Made by a program: the position numbers and the translations under genes
Part shown: positions 18,989 through 27,334 of the stretch, in pieces
How the letters are laid out: each line of letters opens with the position of its first letter
Numbering within the stretch: position 1 is the stretch's first letter
Source of the DNA: Candidatus Nomurabacteria bacterium
Lineage (GTDB): Bacteria; Patescibacteriota; Minisyncoccia; Phycocordibacterales; UBA918
Direction of reading: 5' to 3'
Assembly: GCA_020632095.1 (NCBI GenBank)
Contig: JACKGF010000001.1
Location: 802,141 to 866,140, forward strand
DNA length: 64,000 nt
The notes under the pieces: model-generated
Database searches by the model: none
The model's input: only the letters and a program-made list of their open reading frames with translations
Told to the model about the DNA's origin: nothing

Positions 18989-19473
18989 CATCTTGACAAT
19001 ACACTATAAATAGTGTATTGTTTGTTATTCCCAATCCCCCACCACCAGCAGAAGCACCTTACATATCAAATAATAAGACAATTTCTCAGAGGAGAGAGTC
19101 TTGATTACTAACCTACAAAGGAAGGTTCAAGTTAAACAATCACTGACAACCCGCAAGGGTTTGAAACAGGCGACTGACTCTCAACTCCGAATTAGTCGCC
19201 CGTTTTCGTTGAAGGAAGCGCGGGAACGAATCAGTGTAATAGATATGTCGTTCTCCCACTTCTCTCAATGAGGAGAGAGTATAGAAGAATGTTTTTTGAA
19301 AATTGGATAACGACTACGTAAACCTTCTCCCAGTGAAGTTTCTAAAATATAATTTGGGGATTTCACTGGGAGAAGGCATAGTGCCGACTTCCCAGAATTC
19401 CAAGCGCCTGCCCGCCTGGTTCACCTAAAAACCGAACCGCGCAGGCAGAGCGCGGAAAAGAAAAGGAGAAAAA

Positions 19474-20886
19474 ATGGGAAGCATTAGATTCATAATCGAC
19501 GGTAGTAAACTCGAGGCGGACTCCGTCTATGGGTATCCGTATAGCCTGAGTATGATCCAAAGGGGTGTCGATTCTCACGATCAGGAGCTCGGTGTCATCG
19601 AGGAGAAACAGGTCCCGGACTACCTAATAAGTGTCTTCCGAGCCATGCAGGTCGCGATCCCGCCGGAGAACATATATACCGGCGCAATCAGCAATCAAGC
19701 TCCAAGCGCGATGGTCGATACTATGTTCGGTGTCGGACGTCGTAGCTCCGCGACCTTCACTTTCCTCCCGACCGAGCTCACGGCTCATGGTCACCGCGCT
19801 TGGGTCAAGCATAAGTACTGGACGGAAGGTGGGGGCGAGTGTTGGATTGGCTCCCTGATAGAGCACAATGCCTACGTCGCCGGTTTCTGGCTCGACGAGC
19901 GGGCCGCCCAGCAGTGGGTGGAGGACCTTACCAAGCACCCGCTCGGTGAGGTCCTGCTCAAGAGCACAACACCCTACGCCGTTGTGTTCCAGGATCACGT
20001 CAATCCGGCCGAGTGGAAAGGTGTGAGGATCAATTATTTCTCGTACTGCCTGCTTTCTGAGGATGACAACTACCTCCTGAACACGATCGGTGGAGGATGT
20101 CCAAAGGGCGTTTACCGTTCATTCGATGTTTCCTTCGAGCAGTGGAACGGAACGGTCTACGTTCACGCGCCCGAGCTCTGGCAGTTGGAGCGAGACAACA
20201 AACGCGACGTCTTCCCACTTAGCCCGTCCTACCTCATTCTTCGTGCCCGCAACGGTGCCCAGGAAGTGCTTCTCACAGGTACCGACCAAGACAAGAACGG
20301 CTGGACGAAATACGTCTATGAGCTTCCTAGGCGTAAGTCCTACAACCCTCTCGACGCCTCGGGCAATTGGGCCACCTTCTGGCCCAGTTACAATGCTTGG
20401 GAGGAATTCGCCTTCGCACAACACATCAAGGCGCGTCAGGTGAGTACCCTCCACAGCGACGACTGGGGCGACGAGGATGACCCCTTCTTCATTCCACTCA
20501 CACAAGAGTACGCGAAGAAGGCCTGGGCCGCGGGCGCTACGAAGCTCCCGGCCGAGAGCATCAAGCTCAAGGTCAGCCAGTTCAAGGCGGGATACGGAGA
20601 GGGAGATCGATTAATCAACGATGAGCAAAACCCTCTGAATGGTGCCGTTATCTACGACGGATTCGACTTTGTCTCGGGTTTAGTGGGCCGGATCGTGGAT
20701 TGGATCTGGCTCAAGAAGGAATCGGCCTGCGTGTTTCTGCCTATGGGTTTCGTAGGCTGGATTCAGTGTCAGAAGGGGCTGGCAATCTCCCATGCCACGG
20801 TGGTTCGTAAGCTCGGCGACAAGTCGCGCGATCCGACTGAAATAACAGTATTTTCGGATGGTAGTTGCATCTACCCCACCACCTAG
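19474..20886 (+). CDS. hypothetical protein (470 aa), compositionally foreign (about 58-60% GC)
   Basis: Long ORF with GC3-rich codons. I recognise no motif. Confidence 0.55.
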   Translation: MGSIRFIIDGSKLEADSVYGYPYSLSMIQRGVDSHDQELGVIEEKQVPDYLISVFRAMQVAIPPENIYTGAISNQAPSAMVDTMFGVGRRSSATFTFLPTELTAHGHRAWVKHKYWTEGGGECWIGSLIEHNAYVAGFWLDERAAQQWVEDLTKHPLGEVLLKSTTPYAVVFQDHVNPAEWKGVRINYFSYCLLSEDDNYLLNTIGGGCPKGVYRSFDVSFEQWNGTVYVHAPELWQLERDNKRDVFPLSPSYLILRARNGAQEVLLTGTDQDKNGWTKYVYELPRRKSYNPLDASGNWATFWPSYNAWEEFAFAQHIKARQVSTLHSDDWGDEDDPFFIPLTQEYAKKAWAAGATKLPAESIKLKVSQFKAGYGEGDRLINDEQNPLNGAVIYDGFDFVSGLVGRIVDWIWLKKESACVFLPMGFVGWIQCQKGLAISHATVVRKLGDKSRDPTEITVFSDGSCIYPTT

Positions 20887-21463
20887 TCGGATTTCAAACG
20901 CACCGTGTCGCGTACAGTTCTTTCACCGAGTTGAGGACACGGTCTCAGCTCGCTACATCGGAGCAAAGATTGACTAGCCGTCACTACTAGTGGAAAAGCC
21001 ACCTGGAGGACGGCTTTTTCTATATTTATACAAGACAAAAGTGTCGAACCAACTCCTGCTCAGCGCACAAAGGTAAAAGAAAAACACGATGCAAATTGCA
21101 TCATGCTTTTCTTTTAGAAAGTAACCTGCGTCACTCTGGGCCTTTGAGCAAGGCGAAGAACTGTTTTCTCCCGCTCCTAGGGAGAAAAAAGTCGAGCCGG
21201 ATGAGTCAGTCTGGGAGACTGATGCAAGACTTTGTCAGCTTTTTTTTGAGGAACGAAGAGAAATCGCGACAAGGTGAGCAGAATTCGTAGAATTCGAGAG
21301 TGCTAAGTAAAATTTGCATTTAGTGCGGAATCATATTAATACTGACCATTAATGCAATCAGTGCTAATGTGTTTAAATGTGGTTTATATGGTCGAGTACA
21401 TGTCAATGACAAAACAAATAAACCAATATATATTAATTACCTGTTCTTTAGGAGGAGTGCCCC

Positions 21464-22003
21464 ATGCAACTTGTCGAACTACCTATATCTGGAAGAGCTT
21501 CCCTTATTCAAGTTCAAGAGATTCTTGCTGAATTTGGTCAGCTGATTCCATGGCTAATGAAAATTGGTGGTCTGTGCTATTCGACCAATCGACGGTATTT
21601 CGAGGAGCAGTTACACCAGAGGATAGGGTGTAAACCGGGTTCCATTTCCCTGTATCAACTCGTAAGTTCTGGTCGTGAGAGAGACTACGTAGGAGGATTA
21701 TTACGCTTTGCAGACGTCCCTGAGAAGTTTTTAGATTCTCGTCTTCAAATGCTCATGGCACAACTCGTTACCCAAGGTGCCATGTACATATCTTGTCTTC
21801 AAGTGCACGGAGTAAAACGTGGCTTGGGATATGGCTATGGCGCAGAAATAGTTCTTAAGGCAATTAAGCGTATCCAGCAAGAGTGGCCGATTGTTTGGGG
21901 AGTTTGTGAACCTAGATTGCTCAAGTGGTATGTTTCATTGGGAGCAGAGGTTCTGGACCCAGGGATTAACCGTGACCATCTGGCCTTAATAGTATGGAGA
22001 TGA
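21464..22003 (+). CDS. hypothetical protein, possible GNAT-like acyltransferase
   Basis: VKRGLGYGYGAEIV resembles GNAT motif A. The call is weak. Confidence 0.35.
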   Translation: MQLVELPISGRASLIQVQEILAEFGQLIPWLMKIGGLCYSTNRRYFEEQLHQRIGCKPGSISLYQLVSSGRERDYVGGLLRFADVPEKFLDSRLQMLMAQLVTQGAMYISCLQVHGVKRGLGYGYGAEIVLKAIKRIQQEWPIVWGVCEPRLLKWYVSLGAEVLDPGINRDHLALIVWR

Positions 22004-22025
22004 GAACCCCGAGCATCTCGTTGCT

Positions 22026-22060
22026 CTAGCCCGCCAATTCTGTTGGCGGGCTAGCTTTTT
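22026..22060 (+). terminator. intrinsic terminator
   Basis: ctagcccgccaattctgttggcgggctagcttttt. Confidence 0.65.
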
Positions 22061-22080
22061 ACCCACAGGCATATTATTTT

Positions 22081-22380
22081 GTGGAAGTATTTGTTAAGCT
22101 ACGTTATATGGAACTATCAGAACGCTACATCCAAAAGCTTGAAAATGAAGGGTTTGCTTCGGTATATGAGGGGCAGGACGCGGCTGGTAAGGTCTATTCG
22201 GAACGGATTTCCAAAGGAAAGCTATCAATCTTGGTGACCGATGGTTCCCTCACTTTCACCATGTCTGGACGAGAGAAAGTTGTGGCGGCTGGTCAACGCT
22301 TCGATATACCGCCATCAACAACATACTCACAAGTCGCTGGTCCCCTGGGAGCGATTTATATTGTGGGTGAAATGGACTAA
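22081..22380 (+). CDS. small hypothetical protein (cupin-like?)
   Basis: 99-aa ORF. The start codon is uncertain. Confidence 0.3.
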   Translation: MEVFVKLRYMELSERYIQKLENEGFASVYEGQDAAGKVYSERISKGKLSILVTDGSLTFTMSGREKVVAAGQRFDIPPSTTYSQVAGPLGAIYIVGEMD

Positions 22381-22384
22381 GGGT

Positions 22385-23095
22385 TTAAATATCCTTATAA
22401 AACCGTATTTTTTCGTCAGGCTCGAAGCTGTTTTTTAATATTTCTTGAGTATTTGGCAGGTCACTTTTTTCGTAGAAATCTTCCGCATCATTGTGTGATC
22501 GGCCGCCAGCCATATGTCGGGCGACCACATTGGCTCGCATGGTTGATAAATCACCAACCACCGCTAGTTGGTAGCTACACAAATCACGAATTTTGGCCCA
22601 TTCGCGGTTTTTTCTGAGTAGCCATTGCCCTTCAAGTAGGAGTAGAGTATTGCTGTCGTGTATGGAAATAGCGTCTGGTATCGGATTATGAGTAGTTCTG
22701 GAATACGTTGGGAAGGAAACGTCTTCTCCGGCGGTGAAGGATTGTAGTTTTTTGGTTAGAAGCGGAAGATTGTAGGTATCGTATCTACCTTTCACCGCTC
22801 GCAGATTCATTCCATCTAGAACATCATTTGTATAATGAAAAGCATCCAGGCCGACAGGCACATATTCGAAGGGTAAATTGCGAGCTTTAAAGAAATGACC
22901 TACTAAAGCCACAGTCACAGATTTTCCCGACCCAGCTGGTCCACTTAGTCCAAATACTTGCCTGCCCTTTCCTTTATCATTATATATCTCGCTAATTTTA
23001 TCGACCAAACTCTCATAGTATTTAATTTGTTCGTCTGAAAGTGCTGACAAATCTACAGCTTGCCCCGCCACTTCTATTGTTGATGGGATTTTCAT
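22385..23095 (-). CDS. P-loop nucleoside/nucleotide kinase-like protein (PRK/uridine-kinase-like)
   Basis: Walker A is FGLSGPAGSGKS. The size and layout resemble PRK-family kinases. Confidence 0.45.
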   Translation of the reverse strand: MKIPSTIEVAGQAVDLSALSDEQIKYYESLVDKISEIYNDKGKGRQVFGLSGPAGSGKSVTVALVGHFFKARNLPFEYVPVGLDAFHYTNDVLDGMNLRAVKGRYDTYNLPLLTKKLQSFTAGEDVSFPTYSRTTHNPIPDAISIHDSNTLLLLEGQWLLRKNREWAKIRDLCSYQLAVVGDLSTMRANVVARHMAGGRSHNDAEDFYEKSDLPNTQEILKNSFEPDEKIRFYKDI

Positions 23096-23252
23096 ACCTA
23101 CATTCTACCAGTTGTTGCAAACAATCCGAATTCAATACAAAGAGAAAGAAAAGCACATAGGTCAAAAACTAACTTAGCCCACTCAATATTGTGCTGGTAT
23201 TGTTTACAACTCAAATCGAACTTATGTAATTAGTATATAATATACGAACAGT

Positions 23253-23912
23253 ATGGTACGGAATCAAGTGAATTATGAACAAGCTATCAATCTTCGGAAA
23301 CGTGGTTTTACTTTAGCTGAGATAGCTAAAGTGTGCGATATATCTAAGTCCACCGCTTCATTATGGTTGAAAAATAAGGCTTTTTCGGAGCTGGTAACTA
23401 AACAAAATATAAAACGCGCTGGCCAAGAAAACGCCAAAAGATTGAGTCTAATCAGCAAAGCGCGCGGTGGTGAACGCAAGCAAAGATACTTAGACGCACA
23501 AACATCAGCTAAGACAGAGTTTGCCCACTACAAGGCCAATCCTGCCTTTGTAGCGGGTGTAATGGCCTATGTGATGTCGGGAGACATGAGTGATGAGCAT
23601 ACTATCAGACTCAGTCATACTTCCCTGTCAGCCCACCGTATGTTTATCAGCTTTGCTACTAAGTTCCTGGGAGTAGAAAAAAACCGGATTCATTTATGGC
23701 TACACCTCTATGAAGGTGCATCAGAAGAAAGAATGATGAAAAAATGGTCTAAAATAACCACTATTCCCTTCTCTCAGTTCTATAAAAATCAATTTGTTAA
23801 TAAAACCAGCCGCAAACCATTGCACTCTGGCGTCGGAAATACTATAATCGGCAGCACCTATCATAAACAAAAGCTAAAAGCCTGGGTGCATTTAGCGGAA
23901 AAAGAATGGTAG
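23253..23912 (+). CDS. HTH-domain protein, unknown function
   Basis: It has an N-terminal helix-turn-helix (RGFTLAEIAKVCDISKSTASLWLK). Confidence 0.45.
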   Translation: MVRNQVNYEQAINLRKRGFTLAEIAKVCDISKSTASLWLKNKAFSELVTKQNIKRAGQENAKRLSLISKARGGERKQRYLDAQTSAKTEFAHYKANPAFVAGVMAYVMSGDMSDEHTIRLSHTSLSAHRMFISFATKFLGVEKNRIHLWLHLYEGASEERMMKKWSKITTIPFSQFYKNQFVNKTSRKPLHSGVGNTIIGSTYHKQKLKAWVHLAEKEW

Positions 23913-23925
23913 AATAGACATATAA

Positions 23926-23996
23926 GCGGCCATGGTTAAGTGGTATAACGGGTCCTTGCCAAGGATCAGTCGGGGTTTCGATTACCCCTGGCCGCA
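23926..23996 (+). tRNA. tRNA-Gly (anticodon GCC)
   Basis: The acceptor stem is GCGGCCA/TGGCCGC. The anticodon loop is TTGCCAA. The T-arm is GGGGT-TTCGATT-ACCCC. A hairpin at 24003-24022 follows. Confidence 0.85.
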
Positions 23997-24022
23997 CAAA
24001 TATAAAGACCCGCAATGGTCTT

Positions 24023-24186
24023 TAGGCGTCTGTGGCCAGGGAGCAAGCAAACTGCTTTGCTTGCGGGTAATCGAAACCGCCGGAGTGATGTATTTTGCTC
24101 TTTTCCTAGAGCAAAATACGAGCGAGGTGTGACCCGTGGCACTTATGAGCAAAGCGAATTTGTGACCGTCAGGTTTCGATAATTTT
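24023..24186 (+). other. tRNA-linked structured element A (homologous to element B)
   Basis: It shares blocks with 25961-26129: gcaaactgctttgc inside a 9-bp covarying stem, aatcgaa.cgccggag.gatgt, cgagcgaggtgtgacccgtggcactt, gagcaaagcgaa and gtgaccgtcagg. It ends with ggtttcgat, which echoes the tRNA-Gly T-arm. Confidence 0.4.
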
Positions 24187-24412
24187 TAGGGTGATGTCCG
24201 TACATAATAGACCTAGTAAAGATGAGCGTGTGCGAATGTAAGTAGACAATTAGTTTCTATAGAGTGCATAACTGGGGATAAGGAGTGGATAGGTGGATAA
24301 AGGACAAAAAGGGTTATAAAAGGCACTTGTCCTTTATATATTCTTGGTATAATAAACAAAATCATGTTTCATTTCACATGAAACGGGAAATATTTGTAAA
24401 TACTAAGTTTCA

Positions 24413-24827
24413 TATGAAACAAACTGATAAACAAGGCAGAAAAAACGAAATTGGAGCCTACGGGGAAGAAATTGCTATAAATTACCTTAAAAAGCTAGGT
24501 TTTACTATTTTAGATACAAATTATCTTAAAAAATGGGGTGAAATTGACATTGTGGCACGTGAAACAGACAAAATTCACTTTATTGAGGTAAAAACAGTTT
24601 CATATGAAACAAAGATTGACTTAAAAAATGCTATTTCACGTGGCACCTGGCGCCCAGAAGAAAACGTACACGTTTCTAAGATACAAAGACTGAACCGAGC
24701 GATTGAAAGTTGGATTATGGAAAATAACTATAATGATGAGTGGGAAATCGACGTTATAGCGGTGCGAATGGTTCCACGTGAAAAATACGCTACCGTTAAA
24801 TACATAGAAAGTGTCGTTTTTGGTTGA
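24413..24827 (+). CDS. YraN-family (UPF0102) PD-(D/E)xK endonuclease-like protein
   Basis: GAYGEEIAINYLKKLGFTILDTNY...GEIDIVARETDKIHFIEVKTV matches YraN. The likely start is the ATG at 24413 inside a palindrome. The listed ORF (24285) begins earlier. Confidence 0.55.
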
Positions 24828-24845
24828 TTGTGATAAGATTTTTGT

Positions 24846-25076
24846 ATGAGTGATTTAAAACTTGGTAAGTACAAGCATTACAAAGGTAATTTCTATGAAG
24901 TTATTGGTTGTGCCAGACATAGTGAGACCTTAGAAGAGTTAGTGGTTTATAAAGCGCTGTACATATCAAATGATTTCGGGAAAGACGCATTGTGGGTCAG
25001 ACCAAAAGCTATGTTTATGGAAAGCATTGAATTGAAGGGCGTAATGGTTCCTAGATTTGAGTACATCCGTCAATAA
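24846..25076 (+). CDS. DUF1653-domain protein
   Basis: KYKHYKGNFYEVIG...VVYKALY is typical of DUF1653. Confidence 0.55.
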   Translation: MSDLKLGKYKHYKGNFYEVIGCARHSETLEELVVYKALYISNDFGKDALWVRPKAMFMESIELKGVMVPRFEYIRQ

Positions 25077-25091
25077 TTTCACATGAAACAT

Positions 25092-25121
25092 GCTAAAACG
25101 TTTCACGTGAAACGTTTTAGC
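25092..25121. promoter_or_regulatory. 30-bp perfect palindrome gctaaaacgtttcacgtgaaacgttttagc (operator and/or terminator)
   Basis: Its core TTTCACGTGAAA belongs to a palindrome family that recurs at about 24366-24384, 24407-24420, 24554-24565, 24597-24610, 24635-24647, 24774-24786 and 25077-25089. Confidence 0.4.
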
Positions 25122-25152
25122 AAATTTATGTATGTTAGTTTATAATATTTAG

Positions 25153-25537
25153 ATGAAATTTTATATTGCTGCACGAACGTCGCAAATTCCTAGAGTTAGG
25201 GAATATATCACAATGCTTGAAGAAAAAGGTCATGTTTGTACGCATGATTGGACTCAGCACGAGAAAGCAGAGTTGCAAAGACCCTACGAGGAACATTTAG
25301 AACTAGCTTCTGAGTTTGCAGTGAAGGACGTGGGGGGGGGTAGTTGAGGCTGAAGTTTTCATAATACTGGGTGATCAGTCTGGTTCAGGTATGTATGTTG
25401 AAATGGGAGCTGCTTTAGCTAGCAATACGAAAATATATGCAATTGGAGATTTTAATGATGCTACCGTTTTCCATTTCCATCCTTTGGTGACAAGAGTAAA
25501 CACGTTCGAAGAGGTGTTACTAGATTTGGGTACTTAA
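25153..25537 (+). pseudogene. nucleoside 2-deoxyribosyltransferase-like protein interrupted at a G9 homopolymer
   Basis: The N-terminal part reads MKFYIAARTS... and the C-terminal part reads EAEVFIILGDQSGSGMYVEMGAALASNTKIYAI. Together they match the NDT/DNPH1 family. They are in different frames on either side of G9 at 25332-25340. Removing one G fuses them into about 128 aa. Confidence 0.5.
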
Positions 25538-25683
25538 AACTCGCTTTTTTTCTGACTAGATGTTATATTTTGCAGACTTTGATCGTACTTTGGCGGTCAA
25601 GGAAGCGGGGTAGATAGCTGGGTGTATGCGAAGCATACAACCTCTCTTCACTCGGTCATAGTGTGCTGCAAGCAAAGCTTGCT

Positions 25684-25745
25684 CCAGTAAATTTAAATAC
25701 TTAAAATTAAAGTTCACTTTCATTTTAAGTATTTAAATTTACTGG
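25684..25745. repeat. long perfect hairpin (24-bp arms, about 14-nt loop)
   Basis: ccagtaaatttaaatacttaaaat ... attttaagtatttaaatttactgg. Confidence 0.6.
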
Positions 25746-25846
25746 ATTCAGCACCCTGCGACTCTCGCTCATCGGGGTGTAAGCAGAAGCTTCCACCCCC
25801 ACGTTCGGAAAGTAAATATAAGCAAGCTTTCATTTATTCCCTCACT

Positions 25847-25917
25847 CGGGGTGTAGCATAGTGGTAGTGTACTCGGTTTGGGACCGAGCGGTCCGGGTTC
25901 GATTCCCGGCTCCCCGA
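25847..25917 (+). tRNA. tRNA-Pro (anticodon TGG)
   Basis: The anticodon stem is CTCGG/CCGAG with loop TTTGGGA. The T-arm is CCGGG-TTCGATT-CCCGG. The acceptor stem is CGGGGTG/CTCCCCG with one T-T mismatch. A 19-bp-arm palindrome (25918-25960) follows. Confidence 0.8.
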
Positions 25918-25960
25918 CAAAATTATAAAATCCTAGCCTTTGGCTAGGATTTTATAATTT

Positions 25961-26129
25961 GAGAGGGGAGAAGAGGCAAACTGCTTTGCCTCTGTCCGGA
26001 ATCGAACGCCGGAGCGATGTGAGCCTGCGAACGAGTGAGGTGTGTCACGCGGCACTTGCTAGTTTGTGAGCAAAGCGAAACAAACTAGCTTAGTGACCGT
26101 CAGGACGATTCCCGGCTCCCCGACAAAAT
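25961..26129 (+). other. tRNA-linked structured element B, ending in an exact 24-bp copy of the tRNA-Pro 3' end
   Basis: It shares blocks with element A. The stem agaggcaaa-ctgc-tttgcctct covaries with gcaagcaaa-ctgc-tttgcttgc in A. Positions 26106-26129 (cgattcccggctccccgacaaaat) equal 25900-25923. Confidence 0.45.
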
Positions 26130-26165
26130 AAAAATCACCCTCGGTTTGTTCCGAGGGTGATTTTT
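26129..26165 (+). terminator. intrinsic terminator
   Basis: aaaaatcaccctcggtttgttccgagggtgatttttg. Confidence 0.65.
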
Positions 26166-26179
26166 GTTATACTTTTTGA

Positions 26180-27274
26180 ATGAAAGATTCTCAACAAAAA
26201 CACTTTTTTGATAAGCAGATCTCACTGACAGAATGGTTTGGGTCGATGAATCATGCTGATAGTGAACTACATCGTGAGGAGGATAATCAAAAAAGGGAAA
26301 GATTGGCGGTTCTCAATAAGATTTCTGGTTTACCTTTCGATCGCCCGGTCCAATTTGATTTAGTCGACGTGGTTAATCCTACTGAAGATTTTAAGGTTTA
26401 TTATGACTCTCATATTGACCATAAGTGTGCTTTACGTCTAATTCCTAAGAATGTAAGTTTGCCAAAATTACGAATGCGGGGTCAGACTGTGGGTGAGGTG
26501 GTGACAGGGTGGCTAGCTCAACAGGAAATCGACGTTTCTCAATATCGAGCAGATTTCATTCCACATTCTGACATATCATACTGGGCAACTATTTTTGTTG
26601 TAAATAATGAGGGGATACGAGGTGAAATTATTGCCGATAGGCACGAAAAACTCACGCAAGGTTACTACGAGCAAGAAAAACCTATTGCTTTTTCTTACGA
26701 TTTTGCAAGTCGTGTTTGGAAATTGACCCCAGAGAGTGACAAGGCGGAAAAACACCTTGAACAAATTATCAAACATCTTTTTTTTACACCTGAACAACAA
26801 TTAGAAGTGGAGGAGATGTTGCAAGGTAGATTTGTCGATGGCTTTTTGCAGGGCTATTTTGAGACGGTTGATACTGATCAGGGATTTTGGTTTATTGATT
26901 ACAATCGCCTGATATCTACCGAAGTACCAACTCAATTAACTGGTAGAAAAGAAGATTTTGTTGTTTGTGGAAGCGTTGCATCTTCAGGTGAATATAAAGG
27001 TAGTGTTATTGTTGTTTCAGATCCGTCTGATACTAATTTCATCCCAGGTTCAGTACTGGTGTGCGATATGACTTCGCCAGATTATTTACCACTGATGCAA
27101 AAGGCTGGGGCGATTGTGACTAATCGGGGAGGGGTGACTTGCCACGCGGCAATCGTGGCTCGAGAATTGGGTAAACCTTGCATTGTTGGTACAGGCAACG
27201 CTACAGAAGTGCTTAAAAATGGTGATTTGGTGCTGGTGAATGCAACACAAGGAACGGTGAAACTGATTAAGTAA
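26180..27274 (+). CDS. PEP-utilising enzyme mobile (phosphohistidine swivel) domain protein
   Basis: The C-terminal TNRGGVTCHAAIVARELGKPCIVGTG is the PEP-utiliser His domain. The N-terminal roughly 250 aa are unassigned. Confidence 0.6.
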   Translation: MKDSQQKHFFDKQISLTEWFGSMNHADSELHREEDNQKRERLAVLNKISGLPFDRPVQFDLVDVVNPTEDFKVYYDSHIDHKCALRLIPKNVSLPKLRMRGQTVGEVVTGWLAQQEIDVSQYRADFIPHSDISYWATIFVVNNEGIRGEIIADRHEKLTQGYYEQEKPIAFSYDFASRVWKLTPESDKAEKHLEQIIKHLFFTPEQQLEVEEMLQGRFVDGFLQGYFETVDTDQGFWFIDYNRLISTEVPTQLTGRKEDFVVCGSVASSGEYKGSVIVVSDPSDTNFIPGSVLVCDMTSPDYLPLMQKAGAIVTNRGGVTCHAAIVARELGKPCIVGTGNATEVLKNGDLVLVNATQGTVKLIK

Positions 27275-27334
27275 GTCTGTGAAAAAACAAAACTACAGGT
27301 AACATTTTCTCTCTGTAGTTATCAAGTAAATTTT

